The notes under the pieces are model-generated. The model was not told the origin of the DNA. It saw only the letters and a program-made list of their open reading frames with translations, and ran no database searches. A DNA stretch of 64,000 bases from Alphaproteobacteria bacterium (lineage in GTDB: Bacteria > Pseudomonadota > Alphaproteobacteria > UBA7887): NCBI GenBank assembly GCA_965216755.1, contig CBDCGL010000011.1, forward strand, positions 4,288,001 to 4,352,000. The letters run 5' to 3'. Positions 10,562 to 20,829 of the stretch are shown piece after piece. Every line of letters begins with the position of its first letter. The stretch's first letter is position 1. Both the position numbers and the translations under genes were made by a program.

Positions 10562-12031
10562 CTAGTAGGCGTTTTCGTCGCCAAGCAGAACGAACAGTGT
10601 CTTGGCGATGATGACCAAATCCAGCCACACCGACCAATTGTCGATGTAGTAGAGGTCATATTCGACACGCTTTTGGATTTTTTCGATGGTGTCCGTTTCG
10701 CCACGCCAACCGTTAACTTGGGCCCAGCCCGTTATGCCGGGTTTCACGCGGTGTCGGGCGGCATAACGGTCGACGACTTCCTCAAATAGCCGCCCTTCGG
10801 CTTTGGTCGCCAGGGCGTGGGGACGCGGCCCAACAATCGACATGTCGCCACGTAAGACGTTTAGCAGTTGTGGAAACTCGTCCAGGCTGGTCTTGCGCAA
10901 CAAGGCGCCCACGCGCGTGACTCGCGGGTCACCGCGCGTGGTTTGGATCTCGCAGTTGGCGTCGTTCATATCGACGCGCATGGTGCGGAACTTCCACACC
11001 TCGATCAGCTTGTTGTTAAAGCCGTAACGACGTTGTTTGAAGAATATCGGACCCGGTGAATCGAGTTTCACGGCCAAGGCGATGATTGCCAGAGCGGGCG
11101 CAAAAAACAGTAAGGCAAGAAGCGCCAGAGTCCGGTCTTCGATCGCCTTCAGCACATGCGACCATCCGGATATCGGTCGGTCGAACAGATGCAGCATTGG
11201 CAGGCCGGCAACCTGCGTGAATGAACGATCGGCGAAATGCAGGCCGGCCAAATCCGGCGCCAGTCGGATCCGCACCGGCGTCAACGCCAAACGCTGCACC
11301 AAGGTCCGCAACCGGCTCTCGGCGCTCCACGGCACGGCGATAAACACCTGGTCGACGAGATTGCTGCGAATCAAGCGAATCAAGTGATCCGTATCGCCAA
11401 GGACCGGAAGGCCGTCGGCCGGCGGTACGATCCGGTTACGCCGATCATCGATAAAGCCGACAAGCTGGGTGCAGACATCGCCATACTGTTGCAAATGTTG
11501 CGACAAGCGCTGGCCATTCTCACCGGCGCCGACGATGACCGTGCGGCTGGCGAATCGGCCCTCTCGGGCCAGCGTTGCAACCCAATGGGCCAGCGCCCCG
11601 CGGCCGAAGCCCAGAACGATGAAGACGCTCACCATCCAGCCAACCGACCAGACACGCGAATACATGTCCGAAATCTTGACCGCGAAAGCGGTCGCCAACA
11701 GCGCGCCGCAAATCACGACCCACGCCGTCAAAACCCGGTCAAAACGTGGCGTGCGCGAGAAGATGTATTCCTCCGCATACACCCCAAACCATTGGAACAG
11801 GACGGCTGCCATGGTCATCGCGATCAACACCGCGACGACATATTCGCTCTCCACACCGGACGCCTCTGGATAAACACCATACGCGAAATAGATGCCCGCA
11901 CCGAGCAGCCCGATGACGCTCAGGTCAAAGAGCCGAAGGCATCCGCTGACGAACGCCGTGGAAATTGGCTGAACACGACGACCCGCCAGCGCTGGGTCGA
12001 GCGGTGTCTCAAATAGATTCGATTGCGTCAT
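10562..12031 (-). CDS. wcaJ: undecaprenyl-phosphate glucose phosphotransferase (priming glycosyltransferase, WcaJ/GumD family)
   Basis: N-terminal TM helices, CoA-binding-like domain (VIVGAG), Bac_transf motifs [49 protein letters not shown]; start placed downstream of the sigma54 promoter. Confidence 0.93.
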   Translation of the reverse strand: MTQSNLFETPLDPALAGRRVQPISTAFVSGCLRLFDLSVIGLLGAGIYFAYGVYPEASGVESEYVVAVLIAMTMAAVLFQWFGVYAEEYIFSRTPRFDRVLTAWVVICGALLATAFAVKISDMYSRVWSVGWMVSVFIVLGFGRGALAHWVATLAREGRFASRTVIVGAGENGQRLSQHLQQYGDVCTQLVGFIDDRRNRIVPPADGLPVLGDTDHLIRLIRSNLVDQVFIAVPWSAESRLRTLVQRLALTPVRIRLAPDLAGLHFADRSFTQVAGLPMLHLFDRPISGWSHVLKAIEDRTLALLALLFFAPALAIIALAVKLDSPGPIFFKQRRYGFNNKLIEVWKFRTMRVDMNDANCEIQTTRGDPRVTRVGALLRKTSLDEFPQLLNVLRGDMSIVGPRPHALATKAEGRLFEEVVDRYAARHRVKPGITGWAQVNGWRGETDTIEKIQKRVEYDLYYIDNWSVWLDLVIIAKTLFVLLGDENAY

Positions 12032-12054
12032 TGCTTGTTCCATGGGAGTGGGAA

Positions 12055-12070
12055 AGCAAGGGGCATGCCA
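12055..12070 (-). promoter_or_regulatory. sigma54 (-24/-12) promoter of wcaJ
   Basis: minus strand TGGCATGCCCCTTGCT matches TGGCAYG-N4-TTGCW with exact GG-N10-GC spacing; AT-rich region upstream. Confidence 0.82.
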
Positions 12071-12740
12071 GTCTCGCCGTTTCGTAAGTCTTTGAAAAAC
12101 CTTGATAAAACGATGGCGTGCCATGATTGACTCGCGTATGTACCAGATTTGTTACACACATCTCAGACCACGCCGAATTCTCGTCTTCTCGGTTCGTTTC
12201 ACGATGGCAACAAGTGTAAGCAAATGCTTGTCAAATAAACATAAAATTTTTCATTTAATAACGCTCTCCGTCGTCGACGGCGTGGTCACAGATCGACGTT
12301 GAATAGCGACTGTAAACACGATGAAACGCACAATAAGGGGTGATGCCGCGTCAACGCGGCGTTTCTTACGGTGTCACGGTGCGGCGCCGGCAATTCGCCC
12401 CGCAAAATATGTAAAGCTTGCGAAACAAAGGCTCGGAATACGCCCTTGTCTATAGTCCGTTTGGCTCAAAGCTCGGGTGGAGAGACTTGGCGAGGCGGAT
12501 TATGATCCGCCGAAGCGCGGCCATGTCGCCCGGCTTTTGCCCTGCGACCGGCCGTTGGAAGGGTGTGGTCGGATCAATCCGCGTCTGTTGGATCATCACA
12601 ACCGACGGCGGCCGACTCGCGGATGTCGACGAATTGCGGGGATCGCCGGTGGGCGTGAATTCGTGTCGCTTGTGGTTGGCCTGCCGATCTGCAAAACACA
12701 TCTCTTTGACGGAAGATCGCCGTCTCGCAGACGGTGCGCC

Positions 12741-13220
12741 GTGATTGACATCAAAAGGTGGAACTTCATATTGGCGGGGCGTCGGAAGATTGCGGATGCC
12801 ATCCAAGGATTCTGTGCGCTTGGTCAAGCGACATTTGCTTGGTTACAACCACTTAACCGCGCGCGTGCGGTTCTGTGTTTTTGGGTCATGTGCCTTGTCG
12901 CGGTTTTCATCGCGGGCATCCTGCCGCAAGGGACGCAGCCGGGACTGCACTATATGGACAAGCTTGTCCATTTCGCGGTGTTCGCTGGTCTGGCTGCCAT
13001 ATCCGGGCTGGCGATCACGCGCGATGCTGAAATCGCGCTCGCTGCCGCCGTGCTGTTGACGGTCGGGCTGGCCATCGAACTAGCCCAGGCGCGGGTTCCG
13101 GGACGATTCGCTTCGGCGGCGGATTTTATCGCCGACGGCGTTGGTGTGGCCGCCGGTTTTTATGGCGTGGCCCGTATTCGTGGCGCGATTTTTGACACAT
13201 TGCGTCGGGACTCCGGTTAA
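12741..13220 (+). CDS. VanZ-like membrane protein; start uncertain
   Basis: DKLVHFAVFAGL ... IELAQARVPGR ... DFIADGVG motifs typical of VanZ family. Confidence 0.8.
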   Translation: MIDIKRWNFILAGRRKIADAIQGFCALGQATFAWLQPLNRARAVLCFWVMCLVAVFIAGILPQGTQPGLHYMDKLVHFAVFAGLAAISGLAITRDAEIALAAAVLLTVGLAIELAQARVPGRFASAADFIADGVGVAAGFYGVARIRGAIFDTLRRDSG

Positions 13221-13250
13221 CGCCGGGGCCGGGGACACGGGCGAAGCATC

Positions 13251-14672
13251 ATGGTGCGCCGGGAACAAGGCCCAGGTGCGGCGCGGCAATCGAGACACTG
13301 TTGCAACACGCGATCTTATTGGCGCGGTTGGTCGGTTTTGCTGGCTGCCGCAATCGCGGTTCTCGTCGCCGCGTGCACCGCGGACGATAAGACCGATCCG
13401 TTATCGGTGCCGAACGGTCACTATCGGGCTGGCCGCTATCAAGAGGCCGCGCGAGCCGCTTTGCCCTATGCCGAAGCCGGCGCGCCGCAGGCACAGGCCT
13501 TGGTCGGGCGCGCGCTGACCCAAACCGGCGCTTATGACCAAGCGCTTATTTGGCTCTTGCGCGCGTCACGCGCCAATGATCGCACGGCATTGGAAACCCT
13601 CGGCGATCTCTATTTCTTCGGCGCTGGCATCAACCAGAACTTTCGCCTCGCGCGCAGCTACTATTTCCGCGCCGCCGTGTCGCCTATCGGTGGCGCGGTC
13701 TATCCGATCCGGGGCTACGCCCTGGCGCGGCTTGGGTTCATGGACATGAACGGATTTGGCGGATCGCGCAACGTGTTCGGCGCGGTGCGCCAGTTTCGTG
13801 AAGCCGCCGACCTGGCGAGCGGCATGGGCATGTTCGGATTGGGACTTGCCAACGACCTTGGTGTCGGCGCGGCGCGGGACCGGAACCGCGCCAATTATTG
13901 GTACGGCTTGGCGGTTGAGCTGGCAGCGACGGTCGATGCGCAGGCTGGCTATGAACGGGCGATCCGCGCGGTGCGCAGGGTCCCGCAGTTACCGGCCGAC
14001 GCGACGCTTGCACTGCCGCCGATCCCCGATGACGGGCGCGAAGTCTTGCAAATGCGTAGCATTGACGTGGGCGTTTTGATCAGCGGGGCGGGTCAAGTAT
14101 TGACCCATTTTGGGGGTGTTGATGATTGCAAACAAAGACGCGTGCGCGATCGATCAACGACCGTCGTGGCGACCATTATGGCGACGTCTCCGACCGACGA
14201 CGTGGCCATATTGGCGACACGCCAAGAGTGGCCGCGCGCCATCGGAATGCGTTTGCGGTGGCCGTTGCAGCCGGCCGAACGCGTTGCCGTCGGCAGCTTC
14301 CCCCTGTTTGGCGTCATCGATCACGGTCCGTTGTGGGCGCGTGGCGAGATCGATCCGGTATTGTCTGCGGATGCCGATCATATCGGCATCCGCACGCGAA
14401 TCGGGCCGGATGAAGTAACCGGCCCGGTCGTCGATATTAGCGGCAATTTGGTCGCTTTCATGATTTCGGGGCATCAGAGGCCGACGGTCTTGCGGCGCTA
14501 CCCGGATTGGCCGGTCGGCTATGCACCGGCGCTCCCAATAACACGGCTGCGGACCTTCCTCGATGATAACTTCATTGACTACGACTCGCGGCCATTCAAC
14601 TTTAACGCCACCGATGAAGACATGATCGGCGAATTGCGGCGGGCCATGGTATTGGTTGAATGCTGGCGTTGA
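13251..14672 (+). CDS. probable lipoprotein with Sel1-like repeats and a degenerate trypsin-like domain
   Basis: lipobox-like LVAAC; Sel1 repeats (LGDLYFFGAG, LGFMDMNGFG, LGLANDLGVG); trypsin-like C-terminus ending VLVECWR with catalytic His/Ser missing. Confidence 0.75.
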   Translation: MVRREQGPGAARQSRHCCNTRSYWRGWSVLLAAAIAVLVAACTADDKTDPLSVPNGHYRAGRYQEAARAALPYAEAGAPQAQALVGRALTQTGAYDQALIWLLRASRANDRTALETLGDLYFFGAGINQNFRLARSYYFRAAVSPIGGAVYPIRGYALARLGFMDMNGFGGSRNVFGAVRQFREAADLASGMGMFGLGLANDLGVGAARDRNRANYWYGLAVELAATVDAQAGYERAIRAVRRVPQLPADATLALPPIPDDGREVLQMRSIDVGVLISGAGQVLTHFGGVDDCKQRRVRDRSTTVVATIMATSPTDDVAILATRQEWPRAIGMRLRWPLQPAERVAVGSFPLFGVIDHGPLWARGEIDPVLSADADHIGIRTRIGPDEVTGPVVDISGNLVAFMISGHQRPTVLRRYPDWPVGYAPALPITRLRTFLDDNFIDYDSRPFNFNATDEDMIGELRRAMVLVECWR

Positions 14673-14738
14673 CGCAATGCGGCATGGTCATCGGCGATCG
14701 TCGCGAGGCGGCCTCGATCCCGTTTCGCCCTATATCTT

Positions 14739-16568
14739 TTGTGTAAGTCGTATCGTGGTTTCGGGGGCGATTCGCCGCCGATTGGCCGACCCGAATCGGA
14801 GCCCAAGCAGGTCGTGCAGCAAAGCAGGGAATCGGATAAATCAGCCACCCCAATACCGCCACTTGCCGCGGTTCGGTTGTGGCGATGGTTGGTCGGATTG
14901 TGGCCAGGCGGCGGGGCGGGGCAAACGCCCGCGCCGTGGTTGGCCAATTATCCGAAGGGGGTGGCGTGGGATGTGGCCATCGGGCCGGCACCTTTGCCCG
15001 AAATTCTACGCAACGCCGCGGCCACCTTTGGCTCACAACCATGCTTGCATCATTATGGCAAGGTTTACAGCTATGCCGAGGTTTGGGAACTGGTTCGCCG
15101 CGCCGCGCGCGGCCTGCAGGGGCTTGGTGTCGGACGTGGCGATCGCGTCGGGCTGCTGCTGCCGAATTCGCCATATTATGTGATTTTCTACTACGGCGTG
15201 CTGTTGGCCGGGGGCACGGTTGTCAACTTCAATCCACTCTATGCGCGCCGCGAAATTGCCAGTCAGATCGCTGATTCCGAAACCCGCATTCTGGTCACCA
15301 TCAATCTCAAAGGGGTGTATCCAAAGGCCGCCGCCGGCTTCGATGCTGGCTTGAAATACCTGGTCGTGTGCCCGATGGGCGAAACGTTGCCATTAGCAAA
15401 TAAGGCTTTGTTTGCCCTATTCCGGCGCCGTGAAGTGGTGACCATTCCCAACGATACCCGACACATCACATATGGCACGCTCATGGACAATGACGGCGTG
15501 CCCGCCGACATCCCCATCGCAGCAGAGAAAGACGTGGCGGTGCTGCAATATACCGGCGGCAAAGTCGGCCGGCCAATGGGTGCAAAACTCACCCACGCCA
15601 ATCTGTATGTAAATGCGCATCAGACCCGCATGTGGGCCACCGACACCACGCCCGGCGCGGAAAAAGTGCTGGCAGTTTTGCCACTGTGTCACGTATTCGG
15701 CATGACCGTGGTCATGAACACCAGCTTGGCCCTGGGCTCTGAGATTATACTTGTGCCCCAGTTCAAGGTCGGTGACGTCCTCAAGACCATCCATAAACAG
15801 CGACCGACGATCATGATGGGCGTGCCAACCATGTACGCGGCACTGAATGCCTACAAAGAGCTCGACCGATATGATCTCACGAGCCTGCGGTTCTGCACGT
15901 CGGGCGGTGCCGCATTGAGTGCCGGTATCAAGGCGCAATTCGAAGAATTAACCGGCTGTCGGCTGGTGGAGGGCTATGGCCTGACCGAAGCCGGGCCGGT
16001 GTGCACGATCAACCCGTTTGATGGATCCGACCGGTCGGGCTCGATCGGTCTCCCGTTGCCGGCGACCCAGATCCGGATCGGCTCGGTGAAACGGCCAGGT
16101 CGGGTGTTGAAGATCGGAGAGACCGGAGAGATTTGTATATCAGGGCCCCAGGTCATGGTCGGCTATTGGCGCCGCGATCAAGAATCGGACGATGTCTTTG
16201 GCCCTCTTGGCTTGCGCACGGGCGACCTGGGTTACATGGATACGAACGGTTTCGTCTACATTGTCGGGCGCTGCAAACCCCTGATTATCACTGGCGGTTT
16301 CAATGTCTATCCGGGTGTGGTCGAAGACGCCTTGCGCCTCCATCCGGCCGTGGCGGACGTGGTCGTCACCGGCAAGCCTGATCGCCATCGTGGTGAAGTG
16401 GTGATGGCGACTGTTGCGCTGCACCCATCGACTCAGGCGACGCCGTCGGAGCTGCGTGGCTTCCTGCGCGACAAGCTGGCAACTTTCGAACTGCCACGAC
16501 GAATCAAAATCGTTGCTGACGTCGACGACACTTCGGCAAGCATGGCCATGGCAGAGGTGGCTTCCTAA
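14739..16568 (+). CDS. long-chain fatty acid-CoA ligase (FadD-like), with degenerate catalytic motifs; start uncertain
   Basis: PWLANYP N-terminus, GDRVGLLLPN, LPLCHVFG, EGYGLTE, GPQVMVGYW, LRTGDLG; P-loop altered to YTGGKVGRPMG and A10 Lys absent. Confidence 0.85.
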   Translation: MCKSYRGFGGDSPPIGRPESEPKQVVQQSRESDKSATPIPPLAAVRLWRWLVGLWPGGGAGQTPAPWLANYPKGVAWDVAIGPAPLPEILRNAAATFGSQPCLHHYGKVYSYAEVWELVRRAARGLQGLGVGRGDRVGLLLPNSPYYVIFYYGVLLAGGTVVNFNPLYARREIASQIADSETRILVTINLKGVYPKAAAGFDAGLKYLVVCPMGETLPLANKALFALFRRREVVTIPNDTRHITYGTLMDNDGVPADIPIAAEKDVAVLQYTGGKVGRPMGAKLTHANLYVNAHQTRMWATDTTPGAEKVLAVLPLCHVFGMTVVMNTSLALGSEIILVPQFKVGDVLKTIHKQRPTIMMGVPTMYAALNAYKELDRYDLTSLRFCTSGGAALSAGIKAQFEELTGCRLVEGYGLTEAGPVCTINPFDGSDRSGSIGLPLPATQIRIGSVKRPGRVLKIGETGEICISGPQVMVGYWRRDQESDDVFGPLGLRTGDLGYMDTNGFVYIVGRCKPLIITGGFNVYPGVVEDALRLHPAVADVVVTGKPDRHRGEVVMATVALHPSTQATPSELRGFLRDKLATFELPRRIKIVADVDDTSASMAMAEVAS

Positions 16569-16569
16569 G

Positions 16570-17877
16570 ATGTCCGCGCAGCGCGTCGTGCCAAGGCCCG
16601 ATACACGTCTGACTCCGGCAATGTCGGCGGCGCCGGCGTGGGATCTTGCATTGGCAACGGTCGATCCTGATACAGAGGTGATCGTCCTTGGAATCTGGCT
16701 GCACGGTGCTGCCATGATGCGCCGTCTCGCGGCACGTGGCTGGCGCGTTGTCGGCGTGACCGATGACCTCCGTGACGGTGCGCGGGCCTCGCGCTACTGC
16801 TTCACTGGGTTATGTCCCAACCCGAACTTGGATGCCGATGGCTGGCTCGAATTCATGAATGCCTTGGGCGCGCGCTGTACACGACGCCCGCTGCTTTTGC
16901 CGACCCTCGATCGTTTTGTTCTGGCCCTGGACCGTCACGCGGACAAACTATCTGGTAGCTTTCGCCTGCACGGTTTCGGCTCGAACTTACGCACCAGATT
17001 GACATCTAAGGAGCAATCTTACGCGCTAGCCGATAAGTCAGGTTTTCCGGTTGTCAAAGCGCAACCGATCGACAATGTCGACGCGTTGGCGGAATTTTGT
17101 CATGGCGCCACGTGGCCGGTCTTGCTGAAGCCGGACTTGACTTTCGAATGGCACAGGCCGGAGATCGCCAAGCAAATTGGCGATGCCAAAGTATTGCGCG
17201 GCGACTCTGTCGAGACGTTGTGCGCCGCGTACCAAGACATCGCCACATATTGTCCGCGCATGATCGCCCAAGAGGTCATCGTTGGGCCGGATGAAAATCT
17301 CATCTACTGGGCTGGTTTCGTTGACGCTGATCACCGGGTTCGAGGCCGCATTGTCGGGCGGAAGCTGCGCACGATGCCGCCAGGTTATGGATCTGCGACG
17401 TTTGTCACTTTGATTGATATGCCCGAGGTCGAGGCCACATGCGCGCGTTTCGTGCGGCGGATTGGCTATCAAGGATTGTGCGGTATCGAGTTGAAGATCG
17501 ACACCCGTGATGGGATCGCGAAGTTGATCGAGGTCAACTCGCGCTTTGGGCAATGGGACGAGCTGGGCGCGCCCTATGGCGTCGACCTGGCTCACGAAGC
17601 TGCGGCGGCTGCCTTTGATCGGCCATATCCGGACGCCGCCAGGCCAAGCCGGTTTGGCGGTCAATGGGTGCATCTGGGGTTGGATCTGGCCGCTTTGCGG
17701 CGCTATCGGGCCATGGGCCGCTTGACGATGTGGCGGTGGTTGCGGTCTTTCGGTTGGCGCCTGACCGTCACCGACCAGCCGTGGCGTAGCGATCCTGGCT
17801 ACGCCTGGGCGCAGCTGCGTCGTATCGGCGCGGCGGCACTGCGCGTCGCCACGGGACGATCGATTCGAACGAGCTGA
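16570..17877 (+). CDS. ATP-grasp ligase (carboxylate-amine / D-aspartate ligase-like)
   Basis: WPVLLKP, IAQEVIVG, GRKLRTMPPGYGSA, GLCGIELKIDTRDG, LIEVNSR; starts 1 nt after upstream stop. Confidence 0.8.
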   Translation: MSAQRVVPRPDTRLTPAMSAAPAWDLALATVDPDTEVIVLGIWLHGAAMMRRLAARGWRVVGVTDDLRDGARASRYCFTGLCPNPNLDADGWLEFMNALGARCTRRPLLLPTLDRFVLALDRHADKLSGSFRLHGFGSNLRTRLTSKEQSYALADKSGFPVVKAQPIDNVDALAEFCHGATWPVLLKPDLTFEWHRPEIAKQIGDAKVLRGDSVETLCAAYQDIATYCPRMIAQEVIVGPDENLIYWAGFVDADHRVRGRIVGRKLRTMPPGYGSATFVTLIDMPEVEATCARFVRRIGYQGLCGIELKIDTRDGIAKLIEVNSRFGQWDELGAPYGVDLAHEAAAAAFDRPYPDAARPSRFGGQWVHLGLDLAALRRYRAMGRLTMWRWLRSFGWRLTVTDQPWRSDPGYAWAQLRRIGAAALRVATGRSIRTS

Positions 17878-17959
17878 CCGGAACAGCCCGCGGTCGCGGT
17901 ATGTGGATACCGTCAATCGTCGCGCGGGCCCGGTCTTCCACTGCAAAGCAATTGTACGC

Positions 17960-18013
17960 TTGACAAAACACACCGTCCGGCCATTTATAAATCATACTGA
18001 TTTGGTCATGATT
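17960..18013 (+). promoter_or_regulatory. suf operon promoter with overlapping Rrf2/IscR-type operator
   Basis: TTGACA at 17960-17965, AT-rich -10 region, imperfect palindrome AATCAT-N12-ATGATT (17990-18013; TGAC-N7-GTAT on minus strand). Confidence 0.55.
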
Positions 18014-18039
18014 TGTCCGCGCGCGCGGAAGGGGTACCA

Positions 18040-18528
18040 ATGATACGTTTGAGTCGCCTGGCAGACTACGCCGTGTTGTTGATGAGCCACTTTGCCCGCG
18101 ATAGCGCGGCGATCTATAACGCCCAGGACGTCGCGGCATCATGCGGCCTGCCGGCGGCGACGGTCAGCAAGATCTTGGCGGCCCTATCGCGCGATGGGCT
18201 GCTAGATTCGATCCGCGGTAGCAAGGGCGGCTACCATCTCGCTTTGCCGGCGGAAGAAATCTCGGCGGAACAGATCATTCGCGCGATCGATGGTCCGATC
18301 GCTCTAACGGTGTGCGTGGACCAAGGGCCCGACAATTGCGAGGTCGCGGCTTTTTGTCCATCCCGCGCCAATTGGCGCAAGATCAATGATGCTGTATGCG
18401 ATGCCTTGCGCGCGGTACGGTTGACTGACTTGACGACCACGTCAGCATTGTTTCCATTGCCAACAGATGCCGTGACATCTGAGGTCGTGGAGCAAGGCAA
18501 ACACAGACGCGACCGCGCAGAAGTGTAA
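18040..18528 (+). CDS. Rrf2-family SUF system Fe-S cluster assembly regulator (IscR-like)
   Basis: MIRLSRLADYAV, RGSKGGYHLA, three Cys (C-x7-C-x5-C); heads suf operon. Confidence 0.92.
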   Translation: MIRLSRLADYAVLLMSHFARDSAAIYNAQDVAASCGLPAATVSKILAALSRDGLLDSIRGSKGGYHLALPAEEISAEQIIRAIDGPIALTVCVDQGPDNCEVAAFCPSRANWRKINDAVCDALRAVRLTDLTTTSALFPLPTDAVTSEVVEQGKHRRDRAEV

Positions 18529-18600
18529 GTCGCACATCCGCACCAGCAATGACGATCAAAAGAGAAACCGCGAAACGCGGACGGTGGAGAGGTTCTAACG

Positions 18601-20061
18601 ATGGCAGCATCGGTCGATACGGTTACCGCCGTTGAAGAGGTAACCGGCGGCGATTACAAATACGGTTTTACAACCGATATCGACGCGGAATTCGCGCCGA
18701 AAGGTTTGAACCGCGACATCGTTCGGTTCATTTCGGCGAAAAAAGACGAGCCGAAATGGTTGCTTGATTGGCGATTGACCGCGTTCGAGCGCTGGCTGCA
18801 AAGTAAGTCCGACGAACCGGAATGGGCCAATGTGCGGTATGCACCGATCGATTTTCAAGACGCGTATTATTATGCCGCGCCACGGCAAACCGAGCGGCCA
18901 AAAAGCTTGGACGAGGTTGATCCGGAACTGCTGCGGACCTACGAGAAACTCGGCATTCCGTTGCGTGAGCAAGAAATGTTGGCCGGTGTCGCGGTCGATG
19001 CGGTGTTTGATAGTGTGTCCGTGGCAACCACGTTTAAAGGCAAACTCAAGGAACTGGGCATCATCTTCTGTCCAATTTCGGAAGCCGTGCGTGATCATCC
19101 GGACTTGGTTCGAAAATATTTGGGCAGCGTTGTTCCTTATGGGGACAATTTCTATGCAACGCTGAATTCGGCGGTTTTCAGCGACGGCTCGTTCGTCTAT
19201 GTGCCGCCCGGGGTTCGCTGCCCGATGGAGCTGAGTACCTATTTTCGCATTAATGCAGCCGAAACTGGACAATTCGAGCGCACGCTTATTATTGCAGACG
19301 AAGGCAGTTATGTGAGCTATTTAGAAGGCTGTACCGCGCCGATGCGCAGTGAGCATCAGCTCCACGCGGCCGTGGTCGAATTGGTGGCCATGGACAATGC
19401 CGAAATCAAGTACGCGACGGTCCAAAATTGGTACCCCGGCGACAAGGATGGCCGCGGCGGAATCTATAATTTTGTCACAAAACGAGGCGCCTGTCGGGGC
19501 AAGAATTCGAAGATATCGTGGACCCAGGTAGAGACCGGTTCGGCCATTACCTGGAAATATCCGAGCGTTATTTTGCAGGGTGATAATTCGGTTGGCGAGT
19601 TTTATTCGGTCGCGATCACCAACAATCGCCAGCAAGCCGATACAGGGACAAAAATGATTCATATCGGCCGCAATACCTCAAGCACGATCATTTCGAAAGG
19701 CATATCCGCTGGGCACGGCCAGCAAACCTATCGCGGCTTGGTCCGGGTTCAGGGCAAAGCGGACAAGGCGCGCAACTATACCCAGTGCGACTCACTGTTG
19801 ATCGGCGAAAAATGTGGCGGTCATACCGTTCCTTACGTCGAAGTCAAGAACCGCTCGGCGCGGGTTGAACATGAAGCGACAACATCAAAAATCAGCGACG
19901 ATCAGTTGTTCTACTGTCGGCAGCGAGGATTGTCCGACGAAGATGCTGTGTCGCTGATCGTCAACGGCTTCTGCAAGGAAGTCCTGCAAAAACTACCGAT
20001 GGAATTTGCCGTTGAGGCGCAAAAGCTTTTGGGCATTAGCCTAGAAGGTGCCGTTGGCTGA
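18601..20061 (+). CDS. sufB: Fe-S cluster assembly protein SufB
   Basis: [51 protein letters not shown]. Confidence 0.98.
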   Translation: MAASVDTVTAVEEVTGGDYKYGFTTDIDAEFAPKGLNRDIVRFISAKKDEPKWLLDWRLTAFERWLQSKSDEPEWANVRYAPIDFQDAYYYAAPRQTERPKSLDEVDPELLRTYEKLGIPLREQEMLAGVAVDAVFDSVSVATTFKGKLKELGIIFCPISEAVRDHPDLVRKYLGSVVPYGDNFYATLNSAVFSDGSFVYVPPGVRCPMELSTYFRINAAETGQFERTLIIADEGSYVSYLEGCTAPMRSEHQLHAAVVELVAMDNAEIKYATVQNWYPGDKDGRGGIYNFVTKRGACRGKNSKISWTQVETGSAITWKYPSVILQGDNSVGEFYSVAITNNRQQADTGTKMIHIGRNTSSTIISKGISAGHGQQTYRGLVRVQGKADKARNYTQCDSLLIGEKCGGHTVPYVEVKNRSARVEHEATTSKISDDQLFYCRQRGLSDEDAVSLIVNGFCKEVLQKLPMEFAVEAQKLLGISLEGAVG

Positions 20062-20079
20062 ACCGGGGCATTAGAGACC

Positions 20080-20826
20080 ATGCTGAATATCGAAGACCTT
20101 TGCGCGAGCGTCGATGGCAAACAGATTCTGTCTGGCCTGAGCTTGCAACTGGACCCAGGCCAAGTGCACGCCATCATGGGGCCAAATGGATCCGGCAAAA
20201 GTACATTGGCGCACGTTTTGGCAGGCCGCGGTGGCTACGAAGTCACATCCGGATCCGTCACCTATCAAGGCAAAGATTTGTTGGCTTTGGCGCCGGACGA
20301 GCGTGCGCGTGAAGGTATCTTTCTGGCGTTTCAATATCCGGTCGAAATTCCGGGCGTGGCGAACGCGACATTCCTGCGGGCTTCGGTGAACGCAGTCCGT
20401 CAGCATCGTGGTGAACCCGAACTTGACGCGATCAAGTTCCTGAAGCAGGCACGGGCGATGCTCAAGGACCTGCAGATGGATGACTCGTTTTTGAATCGTC
20501 CGGTCAATGTCGGCTTTTCGGGCGGCGAGAAAAAGCGAAACGAGATTCTACAGTTGGCCCTGTTGAAACCGGCACTGGTCATTCTCGACGAAACCGACTC
20601 CGGTTTGGATATTGACGCGCTTAAGATTGTTGCCGATGGCGTCAACAAGTTGCGCAGCCCGGATCGGGCCATTTTAGTCATTACCCATTACCAACGTTTG
20701 CTCGACTATATCGTGCCGGATCGCATTCATGTGTTGGCCCATGGTCGGATTGTGCGCTCTGGCGACAAAGGGCTGGCGCGCGAGTTAGAGGATAAGGGGT
20801 ATGCCGAATTTGGAACGGCAGCGTAA
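20080..20826 (+). CDS. sufC: Fe-S cluster assembly ATPase SufC
   Basis: Walker A GPNGSGKST, FQYPVEIPGV, GFSGGEKKRNE, LDETDSGLDID. Confidence 0.98.
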   Translation: MLNIEDLCASVDGKQILSGLSLQLDPGQVHAIMGPNGSGKSTLAHVLAGRGGYEVTSGSVTYQGKDLLALAPDERAREGIFLAFQYPVEIPGVANATFLRASVNAVRQHRGEPELDAIKFLKQARAMLKDLQMDDSFLNRPVNVGFSGGEKKRNEILQLALLKPALVILDETDSGLDIDALKIVADGVNKLRSPDRAILVITHYQRLLDYIVPDRIHVLAHGRIVRSGDKGLARELEDKGYAEFGTAA

Positions 20827-20829
20827 ACG

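Noticed and set aside
12032-12124. N-terminal extension of WcaJ from ATG 12124
   Set aside because: Would span the sigma54 promoter at 12055-12070; downstream ATG preferred
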